Of a stretch of DNA of 19,939 nucleotides, positions 6,495-14,828 are shown in pieces. The notes beneath the pieces were generated by a model, which saw nothing but the letters and a program-made list of their open reading frames with translations, did not search any database and was not told where the DNA came from. The stretch covers positions 1-19,939 of the forward strand of contig CAZWSO010000034.1 of the NCBI GenBank assembly GCA_964636485.1, in the 5' to 3' direction. Positions within the stretch are counted from its first letter, which is position 1. Each line of letters opens with the position of its first letter. The position numbers and the translations under genes were made by a program. This stretch comes from an uncultured Gemmatimonadaceae bacterium. GTDB lineage: Bacteria > Gemmatimonadota > Gemmatimonadetes > Gemmatimonadales > Gemmatimonadaceae.

Positions 6495-8111
6495 TCATTG
6501 TCTCTCCCTGTGGCTGGAGTGCCTCTCACCCAGATAGTGATAGCCCGGCAGGGTGAGGAAATCCTCGAACTGATCGTCGAGCACCAGCGCGTCCAGGAGC
6601 TCGGCGGCATCGGCATAGCGGTTCTCGCTCTCCGCACCAGCGGTAAGGGCGGCGAGCTCGTCATCGCGAAGCTGCTCGTACAGCGCAGGCGTCATCGTTC
6701 CTCCGTCAGCGAGAGCGGTCCCGTGGCGCAGCCATTGCCAGAGCTGGGCACGCGAAATTTCAGCGGTGGCGGCGTCTTCCATGAGGTTGTTGATGGCCGC
6801 CGCACCCAGACCGCGCAACCAGGACTCGATGTACTGGAGCGCAACGCTTACGTTGGTGCGCACTCCTTCCCGTGTGACCGTGCCACCAGGAATGTGGAAA
6901 TCGAGGAGCGCATCTGCATCAGGGCTGACATCCTCACGCAGACGCTCTTTCTGGTTGGGGTGTTCTCCGAGTACCTGGTCGAAGGCCTCCCGAGCCACCG
7001 GCACCAGATCTGGATGCGCGACCCACGTACCATCGAAGCCGTCGCGGGACTCCCGATGCTTGTCCTCTCGCACCTTGGCCAGGGCCCGCTCGTTCACCTC
7101 GGCGTCGCGTCGGCTGGGAATGAATGCCGCCATCCCGCCCATAGCGTGCGCACCGCGACGGTGGCAGGTATGTACCAGGAGCTCCGTGTAGGCGCGCATG
7201 AATGGGACGGTCATCGTGACCTGCGCCCGCTCGGGAAGCACCGCGTCCTCGACATGCCGGAACTGCTTGATGACGCTGAAAATGTAGTCCCACCGGCCAG
7301 CGTTGAGCCCGGCGGCGTGCTCCCTTAGCTCGTACAGGATCTCGTCCATCTCGAATGCCGCCAGGATGGTTTCGATCAGAACCGTGGCGCGCACCGACCC
7401 GCGCGGCACATCGAGCTCGTCCTGTGCGTAGAGGAATACATCGTTCCACAGACGGGCTTCGAGTCGGCTCTCCAGCTTCGGGATATAGAAGTACGGACCC
7501 GCTCCTCGCGCGAGCTGCTCGCGCGCATTGTGAAAGAAGCAAAGCCCAAAGTCGAACAGGCTCGCCGACACTGGCTCTGCATCCACCAGAAAGTGCCGTT
7601 CCGGCAGGTGCCAGCCTCGCGGGCGCACGAGCAACGTGGCTGTCCGCTCCGCCAACCTGTACTCGCGCCCGTCAGGGCTCGTGAACGTAAGGGTGCGCCT
7701 CACGGCATCCATCACGTTCGCCTGCCCCTCGACGACGTTCTCCCATGTGGGAGAGAGTGAATCCTCGAAGTCGGCCATGAAGGCGCTGGCGCCGGAGTTG
7801 AGCGCGTTGATCATCATCTTTCGGTCGACTGGTCCGGTGATCTCGACGCGCCGATCCCTGAGTGCGGGAGGCGCGGGCGCGACGCGCCAGTCGCCGCGCC
7901 GTATTTTCTCGGTAGCCGAGGGAAAATTGAGACGCTCACCAGCGACGAGGCGCTCTCGCCTTTGGGCGCGCGCCTCCAGCAGCTCGAGCCGGCGCGCGTT
8001 GAATGCACGATGCAGTCGGGCGACGAATTCAACCGCGTCAGGCGCGAGTACGCGCTCGCGAGAGCCCGTATCCTCGCCGATGACCGCAATGCTCTCCGGA
8101 AGTACCGCCAT
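6495..8111 (-). CDS. aceB: malate synthase A
   Basis: 538 aa containing [54 protein letters not shown] and the C-terminal FLTLPGY motif. GAGGGA lies 5 nt upstream of the ATG at 8111. Confidence 0.92.
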   Translation of the reverse strand: MAVLPESIAVIGEDTGSRERVLAPDAVEFVARLHRAFNARRLELLEARAQRRERLVAGERLNFPSATEKIRRGDWRVAPAPPALRDRRVEITGPVDRKMMINALNSGASAFMADFEDSLSPTWENVVEGQANVMDAVRRTLTFTSPDGREYRLAERTATLLVRPRGWHLPERHFLVDAEPVSASLFDFGLCFFHNAREQLARGAGPYFYIPKLESRLEARLWNDVFLYAQDELDVPRGSVRATVLIETILAAFEMDEILYELREHAAGLNAGRWDYIFSVIKQFRHVEDAVLPERAQVTMTVPFMRAYTELLVHTCHRRGAHAMGGMAAFIPSRRDAEVNERALAKVREDKHRESRDGFDGTWVAHPDLVPVAREAFDQVLGEHPNQKERLREDVSPDADALLDFHIPGGTVTREGVRTNVSVALQYIESWLRGLGAAAINNLMEDAATAEISRAQLWQWLRHGTALADGGTMTPALYEQLRDDELAALTAGAESENRYADAAELLDALVLDDQFEDFLTLPGYHYLGERHSSHRERQ

Positions 8112-8374
8112 CGAGTCCCTCGAATTGAGGATGTCTGGCCAACGCGACAGCGCGGCCGAGCTGAGACAGCCGGCCGCACCGCACCCGATCGAGCTGGAGC
8201 GCTGCCCCGGGAAATTCTCGTCCCAGGGAACTCCAACCAGCGATCCTAGTGCAGGTTCGGGGCCGTTAGCGCAAGAGCTGTGCTATCTCTGCACCCATGA
8301 GGCGACGGCCTCGGGGGCGAGCAAACGCACGCCTGACGGCACAGTGCTGCGCCTCCAGACCCACGGGGTGTGCG

Positions 8375-8415
8375 TTCGCGCAACACAATAATAGTCAAAC
8401 GTTGTGCCAATCACG
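8375..8415. promoter_or_regulatory. AT-rich island with a short palindrome in the aceB / small-ORF divergent intergenic region (candidate promoter or operator)
   Basis: cgcaaCACAAtaatagtcaaacgTTGTGccaatcacg is markedly AT-rich for this GC-rich window. It contains the 5-bp inverted repeat CACAA...TTGTG, and on the minus strand (aceB direction) a TTGACT -35-like hexamer. It sits roughly midway in the 414-bp gap between aceB (8111) and the ORF at 8526. Confidence 0.25.
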
Positions 8416-8525
8416 TGGTACCGATCGCTCCGATGTCCCCACCTCCGGAGCGCTGGCGCGTCCGATGCATAGGAGAAGGACGAACGAGCTGAGGAGGCTG
8501 TGGACAACGCGGACAGGGGGATCGA

Positions 8526-8807
8526 ATGCAACAGCGATTTCAGTTCTTCGAGGAATACACGGGTCCGAGCATGCAGAAGAGCATGCGGAACGTGATTGCC
8601 ATAGATATGTCAGGTGCAGCGTTCGTGAAGGAGGGGGGGGTCTGCCTGAGCGCGGTGTGCTCGGAGACGGAGGACGAGGGGGTCGATGCCGTCGCTACCA
8701 CGTACTTCAACGCCGAATACCTCGGCACACACTGCAGGCGCATCAGCGAGGACCGTGCGCGAACGCTGCACCCCCGGCTGTTCGAGTATCTCGACGCTTT
8801 GTGCTGA
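8526..8807 (+). CDS. hypothetical small protein (93 aa), 4 Cys, acidic centre, no recognisable family
   Basis: ATG with GGGGGA 5 nt upstream. Third-codon-position G+C is about 80% by manual count, which fits real coding in this frame, although the first ~30 codons use atypical A/T-ending codons. It contains a G8 homopolymer at 8633-8640 (GAG GGG GGG GTC). Convergent with the ydbT-like gene. Confidence 0.45.
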   Translation: MQQRFQFFEEYTGPSMQKSMRNVIAIDMSGAAFVKEGGVCLSAVCSETEDEGVDAVATTYFNAEYLGTHCRRISEDRARTLHPRLFEYLDALC

Positions 8808-8871
8808 CGGAGGGGGAAGAGATCGGAGCCGCCTTCGGAGCCGGTGAGCGCGCGCTCGACGGCTTCGGGGG

Positions 8872-10389
8872 CTAAGCTTCCGCAACGTGCGACCGGTCGC
8901 CACGCACTCCAAACCTCCGCATCGCCGCTCGCAGTCGGATCGCCAACTCCGCCTGCAGCTGCAGCGCATCCGCTCTGGCAAGGTCCACCACTACCGCCTG
9001 ACGCCCGCCCCCCGCCGTATCTATCACGAGACTCGCCAACCCGTGGCGGCGCTGGAACGGAGTCTCGCTGGTCAGGAGGACCTGGAGTTTGTGGTTTGGT
9101 ACGACCCACGTGATACGATTCAACACACCGTTACGCGCGGCCACGAACCCGGGCGCGATGGCATAGCCGCGGTGCCGGTACTGCCACGCAGCGATCCCAT
9201 AGAGCGCGGGCAGGAGCAGGAGGAGGAGCGCCCACTGTCCATCCACTGCCCAACCAAGCGCTGACACGACAAGTATCAGCCCGGCGGAGTAACGGATGAA
9301 CGCACGCCGGCGCGAGCGCGGGTGCACGGGCTGGAAGCGCAGCGCACCAAGGTCGAGGTCCGGGAAAACCCCCGCGACGAGCGCCGGCAGCTCGCCGCGC
9401 CGCGCCAGGGGGAGGAACGCCTCCGCACCTCCACGCTGCCGCTCGCCAACAGGGCCGCCAGCCGTCGCCACCTTCAGGCTGGCTAGACCAAAGGGCCGGC
9501 GCAGTAGCGACTCCTCTATCCGCAGGGCCTGTACGCGCTCGAGCGGGATGACGGATTCCCGCCTGTTGAGCAAACCGTAGCTCTTGCGGAGCTCCGTGTC
9601 GATCCGCTCGAGTGTGAATCCGTGATAGCCTATGACGCTGCCAAGGATGGACACGATCCATCCGAGAACGATGAAGACCGCCAGCGCCACGACGACGAAC
9701 AGTACCGCGGCCGATACCGCAGGTAGTTCGACCAGGTCGAGTTGGCCGATGATCCTCTCCGCAAAGGGGTCGAGGAACTGAAGGGCTCCGAAGAGCGCAG
9801 CGGCGATCAGGCCCGCTTCATTGGCGGTCGCACCGGCGACCACCAGATCCCCGGTATCAAGCCGTGCGAGCGTTTGCCCGGCCTGCGGCTTCGGCGCCGC
9901 CTCCTCCTCGCCGGCGCGGCGTTGCACGGCACGTTGCCGCCGCGCCATTACGTCCAGTCGAAGTGCCTGTGCAACTTCGCGCGCCAGCACGGTGAGGTCT
10001 GCCTCCGCCTCTCCGGCGCCTCCAGCCGTCTCCACGCGCAGCTCCGCCACCCCAGCCAGTTGATGCAGCACGCCCTGACGCATCTCGATGTTCTGCACGC
10101 GGGAGAAAGGGATCACACGGTGGTGTCGCCGCAGAATCCCGGACGTGATGACGAGTTCCTCAGCGCCTACCCTGTAGCGGAAGCTCAGGTACTTGGCGAG
10201 TGCGAAAAGGAACGCCGGCACAGTGAGGATGAGTGCCAGCCAGAAGACGAACGTCCCTGGCGCTTCGCGGCTCGCCGAAAAGGCACCAACGACGGCTGGA
10301 AATATCAGCCGACGAGCCCATGCCAGCGCGGCGAAGACGAGAGTGAGCGGGTGCAGCCGCTGTGGCTCACCATCGACAGCTCCGGTCAT
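8872..10389 (-). CDS. ydbT: YdbT-like membrane protein with three bacterial PH (bPH_2/DUF304) domains
   Basis: Three repeats of a TM hairpin followed by a bPH_2 core (e.g. RVQNIEMRQGVLHQLAGVAELRVETAGG, ERVQALRIEESLLRRPFGLASLKVATAGG, HKLQVLLTSETPFQRRHGLASLVIDTAGG). I prefer the ATG at 10389 (MTGAVDGEPQRLHP...), 16 nt after the ydbS stop; a GTG at 10422 would overlap ydbS by 17 nt. Confidence 0.8.
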   Translation of the reverse strand: MTGAVDGEPQRLHPLTLVFAALAWARRLIFPAVVGAFSASREAPGTFVFWLALILTVPAFLFALAKYLSFRYRVGAEELVITSGILRRHHRVIPFSRVQNIEMRQGVLHQLAGVAELRVETAGGAGEAEADLTVLAREVAQALRLDVMARRQRAVQRRAGEEEAAPKPQAGQTLARLDTGDLVVAGATANEAGLIAAALFGALQFLDPFAERIIGQLDLVELPAVSAAVLFVVVALAVFIVLGWIVSILGSVIGYHGFTLERIDTELRKSYGLLNRRESVIPLERVQALRIEESLLRRPFGLASLKVATAGGPVGERQRGGAEAFLPLARRGELPALVAGVFPDLDLGALRFQPVHPRSRRRAFIRYSAGLILVVSALGWAVDGQWALLLLLLPALYGIAAWQYRHRGYAIAPGFVAARNGVLNRITWVVPNHKLQVLLTSETPFQRRHGLASLVIDTAGGGRQAVVVDLARADALQLQAELAIRLRAAMRRFGVRGDRSHVAEA

Positions 10390-10405
10390 GTCCCCGGCCG
10401 CGCCG

Positions 10406-10867
10406 TCAGACGGCGTCGTCACTGCCGCTCAACTGTGCCAGGCGTTCCCGCAGCGACTCCGCGTCTTCCTGCACGAGCCCCGGGATCGAGAGCGACGCCC
10501 CCACTGTGCCGGCAGTGAACATCACCACGGACGCCAATCCCATCGATCGTTCTATAGGGCCCTGCTGAGTGTCCACGTGCTGAATGCGACCATGGGGCAC
10601 TACACTCGTTGTCCGCCACAGAACGCCATGCCGAAGAAACACATCGCTGTCCCGCACCTGAAAGCCCCAGTGGCGATACCGTACCGGAGGCCAGAGTAGC
10701 GTGAGCACGATTCCAGAAGCGAATACGACGGCCACGGTCAGGAACGGCGGCAATGGTAGATCAGTCAGACGGAGCGCGAACACCACAAGAATCGTGAAAA
10801 CGAACGTCCGGATCAGCCAGCCGAGGCGCCAAAGTCCAATCACGCGAGGATCCAGATTGCGCATCAT
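10406..10867 (-). CDS. ydbS: YdbS-like membrane protein with a single bacterial PH (bPH_2/DUF304) domain
   Basis: LDPRVIGLWRLGWLIRTFVFTILVVFAL (the N-terminal WRL motif plus TM hairpin typical of YdbS) then a bPH_2 core (FQVRDSDVFLRHGVLWRTTSVVPHGRIQHVDTQQGPIERSMGLASVVMFTAG). Start taken at ATG 10867 by homology-based positioning. The open frame runs up to 10999 but the extra 44 codons are low-complexity. Confidence 0.72.
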   Translation of the reverse strand: MMRNLDPRVIGLWRLGWLIRTFVFTILVVFALRLTDLPLPPFLTVAVVFASGIVLTLLWPPVRYRHWGFQVRDSDVFLRHGVLWRTTSVVPHGRIQHVDTQQGPIERSMGLASVVMFTAGTVGASLSIPGLVQEDAESLRERLAQLSGSDDAV

Positions 10868-11120
10868 GGAATGCTCGGTCGCCACTGCCGCCTCTTCCCC
10901 TTCCACCTTGTGCTCCTCCTCAGTCGGGCCGTGCCGCAAGGCTCCCACGCTGCCGGCCAGACCGCGGCCGACGTCGAATCTGTGTCGCGCCGACGCCATT
11001 GCCTAGCCCCTGGCTGAGGTCGCGGAAATCCCGGCGGTGGACATCCCGCGTGCGGAGCGATACCGTCATGTCCCGGCGACGCCACACGGGCAACCCGGGT
11101 GAACCCGGCACGGAGGGCAG

Positions 11121-11723
11121 ATGAGACGCGGCATTCGATACACGTCTACACTGACGGCGATCATCGGCGTGGCAGTCCTGACGGCGTGCCCACGTGACCG
11201 GAACGCGAGCGCTGAGGTGGAAGCGGCACCCGAGGAGCAGGTCGCCTTCTTCGAGAGCATTCGGGAGCGCTGCGGCGATGCTTACCCCGGTCAGACACAG
11301 TTCGTCGCCATTCCGGACAGTCCGATGGCGAACGCCCGACTCGTGATGTACATCGAGAGCTGTACGGACTCGGTCATCCGCATCCCATTCGTGGTCGACC
11401 AGGATCACTCCCGCACCTGGGTCCTTACGCTCACTTCTGGCGGCCTGCTCTTCAAGCACGATCATCGGCACGCCGACGGCACGCCGGAGGATACCACGAA
11501 CTATGGCGGGTGGGCGACGGCGGAGGGCACGGCGACCACGCAACACTTCCCCGCGGACGAGGAAACGGCGCAGATGATCCCGCCAGCGGCCACAAACGTC
11601 TGGACCCTCTCGCTGGATCCTGCGACATCGCGGTTCGTCTACGACCTCCAGCGCGATGCCGCACCACGTTTCCGCGCCGAGTTCGACCTCACCACACCGG
11701 TATCCCCTCCACAGCACCCCTGA
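11121..11723 (+). CDS. hypothetical lipoprotein
   Basis: Signal peptide with lipobox: MRRGIRYTSTLTAIIGVAVLTAC (L-T-A-C). GGAGGG 4 nt upstream of the ATG. The TGA stop at 11721-11723 overlaps the tsaC ATG (TGATG). No family recognised. Confidence 0.6.
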   Translation: MRRGIRYTSTLTAIIGVAVLTACPRDRNASAEVEAAPEEQVAFFESIRERCGDAYPGQTQFVAIPDSPMANARLVMYIESCTDSVIRIPFVVDQDHSRTWVLTLTSGGLLFKHDHRHADGTPEDTTNYGGWATAEGTATTQHFPADEETAQMIPPAATNVWTLSLDPATSRFVYDLQRDAAPRFRAEFDLTTPVSPPQHP

Positions 11724-12733
11724 TGGCGGAAGGGATGCGACGCATCCGGGTCGACCCGGCGGCGCCGGATCCCGCCGTCATTCGCGAGGCCGCCGGTATA
11801 CTACGTGACGGCGGCCTCGTAGCGTTTCCAACGGAAACAGTATATGGCCTGGGTGCCAGTGCCTTCGACGCGGCCGCCGTGCGGCGGATATTTGATGCGA
11901 AGGCGCGACCCGGCCACAATCCGCTCATAGTACACGTGCCGGATGAAGCCCACGCCGCTGACCTCGCTCGCGAGTGGCCGCCGGAGGCCGGCCGCCTGGC
12001 GGCGGCGTTTTGGCCGGGTCCGCTCACACTGGTAGTGAGAAAGGTGGAGACGATTCCCAGCGAGGTCACTGCCGGACTGCCGACCGTGGGGCTCCGGGTG
12101 CCCGCGCATCCCGTTGCTCTGGCACTGCTGCGGGAAGTCGAACTACCGCTGGCCGCGCCCAGCGCGAATCCATTCGCGTCGATCTCGCCGACTACCGGTG
12201 GTCATGTCGAAGCGGGGCTGGGCCATCGAGTGGACCTTCTGCTGGATGCCGGTCCCACGCCGATCGGGATCGAATCCGCGGTGGTAGACCTCACTGGGCA
12301 GAGTCCAGTGCTCCTCAGACCAGGCTCGATATCCGCGGAGCGCCTGTCCGAGGTGGCGGGCGCGCTCGATTTGAACGTCGACCTCGAAGCCGAGGAGGCG
12401 CCACGACGCTCGCCAGGCATGCTTCGGCGGCACTACGCGCCGAAGGGTGCGGTGCGTCTATTCGGCGGCGCGGACCGCGAGCTCGTGCGCGCCGATGTCG
12501 ATAGCGCCCGGGCAGCAGGGCAGCGGGTTGGCGCGCTCCTCCTGGAACCCTTCGCTGCGGAGGTGGATCACCCCATACTGATGCCTGACGACGCGGAGAC
12601 ATATGCACGCCAGCTCTACGCCGCGCTCCACTCGCTCGAGCGCGAACAATGCGACCTGATCCTCATTGAGCAAGTGCCCGAGACGCCGGAGTGGCGGGGC
12701 ATTCGCGATCGGTTGAGCCGCGCCTCAGCATAG
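11723..12733 (+). CDS. tsaC: L-threonylcarbamoyladenylate synthase (YrdC/Sua5 family, with Sua5 C-terminal domain)
   Basis: AFPTETVYGLGASAFD, KARPGHNPLIVHV and LAAPSANPFASISPTT motifs of the YrdC fold, plus a ~120-aa C-terminal Sua5 domain. The track ORF begins in frame at 11510, but that region is the lipoprotein gene in another frame. The start is placed at the ATG at 11723 (MAEGMRRIRV). Confidence 0.88.
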   Translation: MAEGMRRIRVDPAAPDPAVIREAAGILRDGGLVAFPTETVYGLGASAFDAAAVRRIFDAKARPGHNPLIVHVPDEAHAADLAREWPPEAGRLAAAFWPGPLTLVVRKVETIPSEVTAGLPTVGLRVPAHPVALALLREVELPLAAPSANPFASISPTTGGHVEAGLGHRVDLLLDAGPTPIGIESAVVDLTGQSPVLLRPGSISAERLSEVAGALDLNVDLEAEEAPRRSPGMLRRHYAPKGAVRLFGGADRELVRADVDSARAAGQRVGALLLEPFAAEVDHPILMPDDAETYARQLYAALHSLEREQCDLILIEQVPETPEWRGIRDRLSRASA

Positions 12734-12746
12734 CGAACACGACGAG

Positions 12747-14732
12747 TCACGGCGTCCACTCGTGCGCTTCACGCGTGATGTAGGGGAACGCGTGCTCGCT
12801 GTCAATTCGAATCCGCGAAATGGAAGGATGCGCTCGCACGCGAAGGACCTGGGCTCGCTGCCCAGTCAACCAGGCACTGACGGTCAGCTCGTGCTGCTCG
12901 ACACTGCCCGGCTCGCGGGTTACCTCCAGACGCACGGGCATCGGCGCTGTACCACGATCCTCCACCACCACCTGGATCCATTCGCCTGCTTCCGTTACGG
13001 ACGCGATCGCGTGGTCGAGCGTCCACGTCTCGTAAAACCAGCTTCGCCAGAACCAGCCGAGGTCGCGTCCGCTCACGCGCTCAAAGGTATTCCACAGGTC
13101 TTCGGGCTGTGGGTGCCTGTTGATCCAGACGCGACCATACTCGCGATATGCCCGCTCGAAAGTAGCCTCGCCGACGAGGGCGCGAAGTGCTGAGAGCACC
13201 GCCGCCATCTTGTCGTATCCGGCCACGACGAAGGCTGACGTGCCGATCGGATACAGATCGCCGTGCCTCATCAATTCGACTTCGCCGCTCTGACGTGCCA
13301 ACGACAGGTAGCGTTCCCTGGCAACCTCTTCCAGATCGTAGCCGTCAAAGAACTCCCTCATTGCCTGTGCCTGATTGAAGCGCGTCAGTCCCTCGTCCTG
13401 CCAGGTATGGCGCTTCTCATCGGACGCGACCTGCATGGGGAACCACATGTGCGCGATCTCGTGAACCGTCACGGAGTAGAGTGCCAGCGTGTCGCGATCA
13501 CCGCCGATCAACGTAATCATGGGGAACTCCATGCCGCCCGTAATAATTCCCTCCACGGACGTCATGTGCTTGTAGGGATACGGCCACAAGTAGCGCGACA
13601 GGAACTCCACGGAGTGCCGGCCGTACCGAGCGGACTCAGTCCAGGTACGCGCGCCCGGCCGGTAGAGCGAGTGGATCATGACCGTGTCCGCTCGATGTTC
13701 TCCCACCGTATCGCCAACCAGCGCACGCGTAGCGTCCCACAAATAGTGTTCCGATGTCCCGAAGGCGAAGTCGCGCACGTTCTCTGCGCGATACTGCCAC
13801 GTCAACCAGCCATCGAAACCGGCTGCCGTGGCATGCCCGGCGCCGCGCTCGGCGGCGCCGATCACTGAGACGACATCGCCAGAGCGGCGTGCTTCCACCA
13901 GACGTTCGAGTACCGTGGGCGAAAGCACGTCCAGACTGTTCAGTAACTCTCCAGTTGCGGCCACCAGCCATCCCGCCGGCAACGTGATGCGAACGTCGTA
14001 GTCAGCGAATCCCATGTGGAACTCCGCCGCGCCCAGATACTGGTCCACATGCCACCCGCTCACGTCATCAAACACGGCGACCTGCGGGTACCAGTAGGCG
14101 AGAAAGAACACCTCGCCATCCTGCCCCATGCGGGGCGCACCGACGGGGGGGACCGTGAACGCCCAATGAACGTCGATCTCCACCTGCTGACCCGGCGCCA
14201 GCGGGCGTGGAAGGCGCACCCACGCCACAGTCCCATCCACACGGTAGCTGGCAGAATCCGACGGCGCCGTCACCAACGGCAGGCTCTCGCCTGCCACCGC
14301 CACCCGCTCGAGGCTAATGCCTCCGGTCACCGGCACCGCCCGGTTCCGGGCCGCACCAGGAGCATGGAGATTCTGGTACAGATGCAGGGCGATGTCGGGG
14401 AGCGGATATGGAGACCGGTTCTCGTACCGGATAGTGCCGCGGCCACGGAGGCGAGCCGCCGCCGGGTCGAGCTCGGCGTGCAGCTCGTAAGATGCGTACT
14501 GCTGCCAGTAGGCGGCACCCGGCGCGCCGGCGCGGGTGCGGGTACCCCGTTCCACGGCGCGCGCGAACGGTTCTCGCTCGACCAGCGCGTAGGGAATCGG
14601 TCGCGAGCCGTCCAACGCGAGCGCCGCCGCGGCCGGGGTATCCGATACCGGCACGGCACGAGGGCTCGTGGCGCAGGCAAGCGGGATCGCAACAGAGACG
14701 GCGAGAAGGTAATTGAGGAATCGCTTCGGCAT
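12747..14732 (-). CDS. M1 family metallopeptidase (aminopeptidase N-like), secreted
   Basis: 661 aa with HEIAHMWF (HExxH) followed by WQDEGLTRF (the third zinc-ligand Glu) and the upstream GGMEFPM exopeptidase motif. N-terminal signal peptide MPKRFLNYLLAVSVAIPLACA with an AxA cleavage site. Confidence 0.88.
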   Translation of the reverse strand: MPKRFLNYLLAVSVAIPLACATSPRAVPVSDTPAAAALALDGSRPIPYALVEREPFARAVERGTRTRAGAPGAAYWQQYASYELHAELDPAAARLRGRGTIRYENRSPYPLPDIALHLYQNLHAPGAARNRAVPVTGGISLERVAVAGESLPLVTAPSDSASYRVDGTVAWVRLPRPLAPGQQVEIDVHWAFTVPPVGAPRMGQDGEVFFLAYWYPQVAVFDDVSGWHVDQYLGAAEFHMGFADYDVRITLPAGWLVAATGELLNSLDVLSPTVLERLVEARRSGDVVSVIGAAERGAGHATAAGFDGWLTWQYRAENVRDFAFGTSEHYLWDATRALVGDTVGEHRADTVMIHSLYRPGARTWTESARYGRHSVEFLSRYLWPYPYKHMTSVEGIITGGMEFPMITLIGGDRDTLALYSVTVHEIAHMWFPMQVASDEKRHTWQDEGLTRFNQAQAMREFFDGYDLEEVARERYLSLARQSGEVELMRHGDLYPIGTSAFVVAGYDKMAAVLSALRALVGEATFERAYREYGRVWINRHPQPEDLWNTFERVSGRDLGWFWRSWFYETWTLDHAIASVTEAGEWIQVVVEDRGTAPMPVRLEVTREPGSVEQHELTVSAWLTGQRAQVLRVRAHPSISRIRIDSEHAFPYITREAHEWTP

Positions 14733-14828
14733 CTGCGGAGCGTCTGATTGTTATGGGCAGGTTCTGGTACGGTGCGTCACGGCGACGCTCTTGCACAAGA
14801 GGGGCCGACACTCAGGGCGGAGTTGCGC

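Noticed and set aside
8237-8531. Possible gene in the aceB upstream gap (ORFs 8283..8531 - and 8297..8875 +)
   Set aside because: Both translations are Arg-rich, low-complexity and motif-free. The + ORF also runs through the better-supported 93-aa ORF in another frame.
11510-11722. In-frame 5' extension of the tsaC ORF to 11510
   Set aside because: This region is occupied by the lipoprotein gene in another frame. YrdC-family homology starts only after the ATG at 11723, which overlaps the upstream stop as TGATG.
12747-14732. Multiple 100-240-aa ORFs on the + strand (13263..13868, 14016..14747)
   Set aside because: Antisense to the M1 aminopeptidase gene, whose HExxH...E motifs and length are unambiguous.
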